A stretch of DNA of 64,000 bases from a virus. Location: the IMG/VR virus record IMGVR_UViG_3300011008_000022; one strand, 5' to 3'. Made by a program: the position numbers and the translations under genes. Below the pieces are notes generated by a model. It was not told the origin of the DNA and searched no databases. It was given only the letters and a program-made list of their open reading frames with translations. Positions within the stretch are counted from its first letter, which is position 1. Each line of letters begins with the position of its first letter. Of this stretch, positions 60,293 through 64,000 are shown in pieces.

Positions 60293-60679
60293 ATGAAAAC
60301 CTATCTTATTCTACTCAACTGGGTATTCATCGCCGCTATCATAGGCATCTGCCAGTGGCAACACCCGCTCATCGCTGGTTGGGCTTTCTTGGTCGGCTTC
60401 CTCATGGGGGCATTCTTAACAGTTGGTCTTGTTACCGTCCAGTTCGCTAAGGACCCGTCCAACGAGAAGGAATGGCGCTGGCGACATAGCTACTTCGGTA
60501 AAAACTATCGCATCGAGTTCTGCGTACAGTTGTTGTTGACGGCTACCGCATTCGGACTCTCACTCATGTTCTTCAGATCATTCTGGCTCATTGGTACAGG
60601 CTTATTCGGAGCCTGGTTCCTCAATATCACGGTCGAATGGTTCTGGGCTGCTACCCATCGCTATTATAATAATAAATAA
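60293..60679 (+). CDS. membrane protein (4 TM)
   Basis: 128-aa hydrophobic ORF. Confidence 0.55.
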   Translation: MKTYLILLNWVFIAAIIGICQWQHPLIAGWAFLVGFLMGAFLTVGLVTVQFAKDPSNEKEWRWRHSYFGKNYRIEFCVQLLLTATAFGLSLMFFRSFWLIGTGLFGAWFLNITVEWFWAATHRYYNNK

Positions 60680-60682
60680 GGT

Positions 60683-61675
60683 ATGACTGATCCGTTCGAC
60701 GTTCTCTGTTCTGTTTATACCGATGCCCACGACAACTACGGGCGCTTTGTTGACATGGAAACTGGCGAAATCATCCAGCAGATGACAATTCGCGAGTTCT
60801 GTCTGACGGAGCGCTGGAAACCCGTAGTAGAACAGCTGCGGGCTATGGTGGCTCAGTATGGAGAGAAAGAGGCAAAGGCACGGGATGATTACCGCCAGAC
60901 GAAAACGCTCCTCCCAGGAGCAACGCTGTCCGGCCTCTTTGAACTTCGCGAGGTGTGGAATGAGAAATACCAACGCTATGAGAATGTGTCGCGCCGTCAG
61001 GCTCACCTGTTACAGCACACCGGCTTCCTCTGTATAGATATTGATCATCAGGATAACCAGTCACTCGCTGATATGAAGGTCATCCTGCGCACTCTCCGCC
61101 ATCGACCAGAGGTGGCACTACTGATGAAGTCATGCTCAGGAACGGGTTACTTCGCACTCATACCGCTGGCATACCCTCAGTACCACCGTCAACAGTTTGC
61201 AGCGCTCATCCGTGAGTATGGTGCCCTGGGCATCACACTCGATCGTAAGTGTGCCGATGTAACACGCATCCGTTTCGCATCCTACGACGATAAGCCATAC
61301 ATCAACGCCAACGCCATTCCCTATTCAGGGGTGGACCTTGGCGAACAGATGTTGGCTCCCAAGGCAGCCGTATATACCCAGCGCATCGAGACCGATGACG
61401 AACTGATTACAAAGGTGGAGCGCCTGGTGCAGAAACTGGAACTCACGCACACCGATATCACCAACGACTACGATGTGTGGATTCGTATCGGCATGTCTTT
61501 GGCTACGCTCCCAGAACCATGGGGTAGCAAGTTCTTTCATCGTGTATCTGCCATCAGTCAGAAGTACAACGCTACCGACTGTCAGCGCAAATTCGATTAC
61601 AATAACAATCCCACAACCATCACCATCAACTATTTCTTTGCCAGGTGTAAGGAAGTGGGCATAACTCTCAGATAA
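60683..61675 (+). CDS. primase-like protein (BT4734/VirE N-terminal-like + PriCT-2-like)
   Basis: GFLCIDIDHQDN ... MKSCSGTGYFALIPL, and YDVWIRIGMSLATL..FFHRVSAISQKY. Resemblance by eye only. Confidence 0.45.
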   Translation: MTDPFDVLCSVYTDAHDNYGRFVDMETGEIIQQMTIREFCLTERWKPVVEQLRAMVAQYGEKEAKARDDYRQTKTLLPGATLSGLFELREVWNEKYQRYENVSRRQAHLLQHTGFLCIDIDHQDNQSLADMKVILRTLRHRPEVALLMKSCSGTGYFALIPLAYPQYHRQQFAALIREYGALGITLDRKCADVTRIRFASYDDKPYINANAIPYSGVDLGEQMLAPKAAVYTQRIETDDELITKVERLVQKLELTHTDITNDYDVWIRIGMSLATLPEPWGSKFFHRVSAISQKYNATDCQRKFDYNNNPTTITINYFFARCKEVGITLR

Positions 61676-61682
61676 ATATAAT

Positions 61683-62615
61683 ATGTATCTCATCAAACCA
61701 TCAGTCGAACTTTGGCCGGCTCCTGAAGACTGGCACGAACAGGTAGCACGGGCTGCCCGTCTCTGCTATGCCTCTGAAGGCGGCAAGAAAACCGCAGAAG
61801 AGTTCTGTGAAATGCTGAAGAAACGTAACCACCTGTCGATGTTCAGACATGGATCACGTTACTTCATTATCCCTGATGTCGTTCCTTCAGAACTGACTAA
61901 CGCTACACCCAGCAAGGGTGGTAAGAAAGCGTCCTCTCAACCACCGCTTTGGCTCTTTACGGTCCTCACAAACACACCCTATGTAGGCATCCGTTACCAT
62001 AAGGATAAAAAGGCAAAGACACGCTGCTATTATATTAGCACCAATATCCAGTATCTCATGGATAGTCCCAGCATCGAAGAAATGCTGCGTCCCTACGAGG
62101 TGACACTCCAGCAGTTCATCGGTCACGCTACGTCTGATAATTTCCCAGCAGCTATGAACCTGGTGCGTTATACGGTTTGTGTTACTACGCAGATATCTAC
62201 CAGCCGCGAACTAAACCGCACGTCGCCCAACAACATCGCAGAACAATCTACCCGCTACGTCAACTTTGGCAAAAAGGGTGGCATCACCATCTGTCTGCCT
62301 CATTGGTTCCAGTGCGCACACTGGTCTAAGCGACTGTTGGCCCGTGTCATGTGGAAGTGTAGCGAATGGGCCTATAAACTCGCCCTTTTACTCGGTCTTC
62401 CTGCTCAGGATGCACGAGGATTCCTGGTACTCGACGCTGGAACACGCGTCGCCTACACCTACAACGTCTTCGAGTGGCGCAACATCATGCGCCTCCGTCT
62501 TACTGGAGAGACAGGCAAACCGCATCCTAACGCCCACATCGCTGCTCAACTCATCCACGATGCCATCCTTCCGGCTATGCGCATCTATGCAGGTGAAGCA
62601 GCTACGCTCGTATAG
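61683..62615 (+). CDS. ThyX-family (flavin-dependent thymidylate synthase-like) protein with a non-canonical signature
   Basis: ARLCYAS, NHLSMFRHGS, ..SRELNRTSPNNIAEQSTRYV (canonical R..RHR..S....S.RY, with RHR replaced by RTS), and AQDARGFL...FEWRNIMRLR. Confidence 0.55.
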   Translation: MYLIKPSVELWPAPEDWHEQVARAARLCYASEGGKKTAEEFCEMLKKRNHLSMFRHGSRYFIIPDVVPSELTNATPSKGGKKASSQPPLWLFTVLTNTPYVGIRYHKDKKAKTRCYYISTNIQYLMDSPSIEEMLRPYEVTLQQFIGHATSDNFPAAMNLVRYTVCVTTQISTSRELNRTSPNNIAEQSTRYVNFGKKGGITICLPHWFQCAHWSKRLLARVMWKCSEWAYKLALLLGLPAQDARGFLVLDAGTRVAYTYNVFEWRNIMRLRLTGETGKPHPNAHIAAQLIHDAILPAMRIYAGEAATLV

Positions 62616-62619
62616 CATT

Positions 62620-62639
62620 CTCAGCCGCTCTCGGCTGGG
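62620..62639 (+). terminator. family-A hairpin (slightly degenerate)
   Basis: CTCAGCCGctctCGGCTGGG, after the stop at 62615. Confidence 0.55.
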
Positions 62640-62673
62640 TTACAATAGTATCAATTTCTTAATATCTACAACA

Positions 62674-63126
62674 ATGGAACAAAAATTCGTAAATTACCCC
62701 CCCCTGGAAGACCTGAAACAGCTCTCCGAGGAAGAAGTACGAGCATGGTTTGGTAAAGTTAATACCTACCGTGATGAAGCTATCATGCAGATCCGTACCA
62801 AGTGCGACAATGACGTGTTCAACGTCCGTACCGAACAGCAGGTAGAACGCAACCGCATCATCTGCCTTATCGACCTCAAACGGTCACAACTGCCCTCTGG
62901 TGGCACACCCGATGAGCGCGAAAAAGCATTAGCACTGCGTCAGGAAATGCACAACCTCGATCATCAGATGCAACTCAATGACATCAATACGCAGAAGAAA
63001 ATCTATGACCTCAAACACGAGAAGAAAGTGGCCATCAACGCACTGCAACGTCAGTGGGAAACAGCAACAGGTGTCCTTAAACAAGCACTGATTTTCGTCT
63101 GCGAAAAAGCAAAGGAAACAACGTAA
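62674..63126 (+). CDS. hypothetical coiled-coil protein with a C8 tract in codons 8-11
   Basis: ATG at 62674 (MEQKFVNYPPLEDL). The tract 62697-62704 is in-frame as sequenced. Confidence 0.55.
   Translation: MEQKFVNYPPLEDLKQLSEEEVRAWFGKVNTYRDEAIMQIRTKCDNDVFNVRTEQQVERNRIICLIDLKRSQLPSGGTPDEREKALALRQEMHNLDHQMQLNDINTQKKIYDLKHEKKVAINALQRQWETATGVLKQALIFVCEKAKETT
62697..62704 (+). repeat. C8 homopolymer, flank AATTA, in codons 8-11 of a plus-strand gene
   Basis: aAATTACCCCCCCCtgg. In-frame as sequenced. Confidence 0.9.
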
Positions 63127-63153
63127 CAAAATAACTGTTATGATAAATAGACT

Positions 63154-63984
63154 ATGAGCAAGACAAAGAACCTCGCCATCTACCGCCCTAACGGTGCTGC
63201 TGCAGAATACAGCACATGGGCTTGCAACCTCTACAACGGCTGCTCTCATTCCTGTACCTACTGCTACTGCAAACGCGGTGTGTTCGGTCATATTCTCGGT
63301 AAGGATGTGCCAGAGATTAAGGCCCTACTCGGTGGTGATCCTAAGAAAGCGTATCATCTTTTCTGCCAAGAACTTGATAAATATCGTGACCAGATTACCG
63401 CCGATGGCGGGCTGTTCTTTTCTTTCTCAACGGACCCGATGCTGCGTGAGGAAATCACGCTCACCCTGAACTGCATAGAATATGCCTTCAGCCAACAGGT
63501 TCCCGTCATCATCCTCACCAAAGCTACATGGTGGGTACGCGAAGACTGGGTGATTGGCGCTCTCTATGCACACCGTGACCTTCTCACCATCGGCTTCACA
63601 CTCACCGGCCACGACGAACTCGAACCTGGCGCTCCTGCTAACGTATCGCGTCAGACGGCACTTATCTACCTCTCAAAGATGCAGTTCCGCACCTTTGCCA
63701 GCATGGAGCCGGTCATCGACTTCGTTTCCTCACTGGCAATCATCCGCACCATAGCCTCCGACTGTCAGGAGTTCCGCATCGGCCTGCTCTCTCCCTACAG
63801 CAAGAAACGCTATGACTCCGCCCAGTGTGAGCGCTTCATCCGTGAAGTGCAGCGCCTCTCCAAAGAGCACAACTTCCGCATCCTCTGGAAAGAGTCTATC
63901 CGCCGTTTCTGCCGTGATTGGTCTATTTGCCCAGATTTATGTAACCCAGTGCTCGGTGATTCCGTTGCCGAGACAAAAGATTAA
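63154..63984 (+). CDS. radical SAM protein (SplB/COG1533-like)
   Basis: NLYNGCSHSCTYCYC (CX3CX2C). 276 aa. Confidence 0.65.
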   Translation: MSKTKNLAIYRPNGAAAEYSTWACNLYNGCSHSCTYCYCKRGVFGHILGKDVPEIKALLGGDPKKAYHLFCQELDKYRDQITADGGLFFSFSTDPMLREEITLTLNCIEYAFSQQVPVIILTKATWWVREDWVIGALYAHRDLLTIGFTLTGHDELEPGAPANVSRQTALIYLSKMQFRTFASMEPVIDFVSSLAIIRTIASDCQEFRIGLLSPYSKKRYDSAQCERFIREVQRLSKEHNFRILWKESIRRFCRDWSICPDLCNPVLGDSVAETKD

Positions 63985-63992
63985 CCACCGTG

Positions 63993-64000
63993 CCCAGCCG
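63993..64000 (+). terminator. 5' arm of a family-A hairpin, cut by the window edge
   Basis: ccaccgtgCCCAGCCG at the end of the window. Confidence 0.5.

Noticed and set aside
1-64000. Stop-codon reassignment (as in some Bacteroidota-infecting phages)
   Set aside because: Long ORFs (up to 1929 aa) are intact under the standard code and gene density is already high. The only interruptions map to homopolymer frameshifts, not in-frame stops.
1-64000. tRNA, tmRNA or rRNA genes
   Set aside because: I saw no GTTCRANYC-type T-loop with a matching acceptor stem and no rRNA-like segment. This was a by-eye scan only, so a tRNA scan should confirm it.

Overview
This 64-kb window reads as most of a temperate Bacteroidota phage, or a phage-plasmid. 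It holds about 73 tightly packed ORFs. I saw no rRNA, tRNA or CRISPR array. The host phylum is inferred from many near-identical TAnnTTTG (-7) promoters with TTTG -33 boxes, G-poor leaders instead of Shine-Dalgarno sites, and lipobox/fimbrillin-like cargo genes.

Layout:
- 1-7.6 kb: virion/lysis-like genes, including a holin-like protein.
- 7.6-11 kb: divergent HTH switch plus secreted/lipoprotein morons.
- 11-12.3 kb: repeat-dense non-coding field.
- 12.3-15.7 kb: GC-rich island with a J-domain protein.
- 15.7-24.9 kb: early genes behind cloned promoter cassettes (N6-MTase/DUF4942-like, LigA-like ligase).
- 25-28.2 kb: plasmid-type ParA / RHH / iteron / Rep module.
- 28.9-39 kb: minus-strand accessory operon (AT-rich up to about 34.7 kb) with GNAT, an orphan NrdG-like activase, two DNA MTases and a PAPS-reductase-like gene.
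- 40.3-41.3 kb: CI-like repressor switch.
- 42-51 kb: replication module (DEDDh exonuclease, SF3 primase-helicase, SSB-like, DnaN clamp, dUTPase, HNH, C5-MTase).
- 51.8-57.6 kb: a 1929-aa tape-measure-like gene, followed directly by an acyl carrier protein and a ketoacyl-ACP synthase.
- 60.3-64 kb: primase-like, ThyX-like and radical-SAM genes.

Most unusual signals:
1. A family of short palindromic hairpin elements (about 55 copies in three sub-families). All have the same polarity on the + strand regardless of gene direction. At least 11 copies sit in-frame inside protein-coding genes.
2. Five C7-C9 homopolymer tracts share an AAT(T)A 5' flank. Four of them break three adjacent DNA-modification genes.
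3. The phage carries an ACP + KAS pair.
4. It has a plasmid-like partition/replication module and no integrase in the window.

All functional calls come from motif reading by eye. No searches were run.
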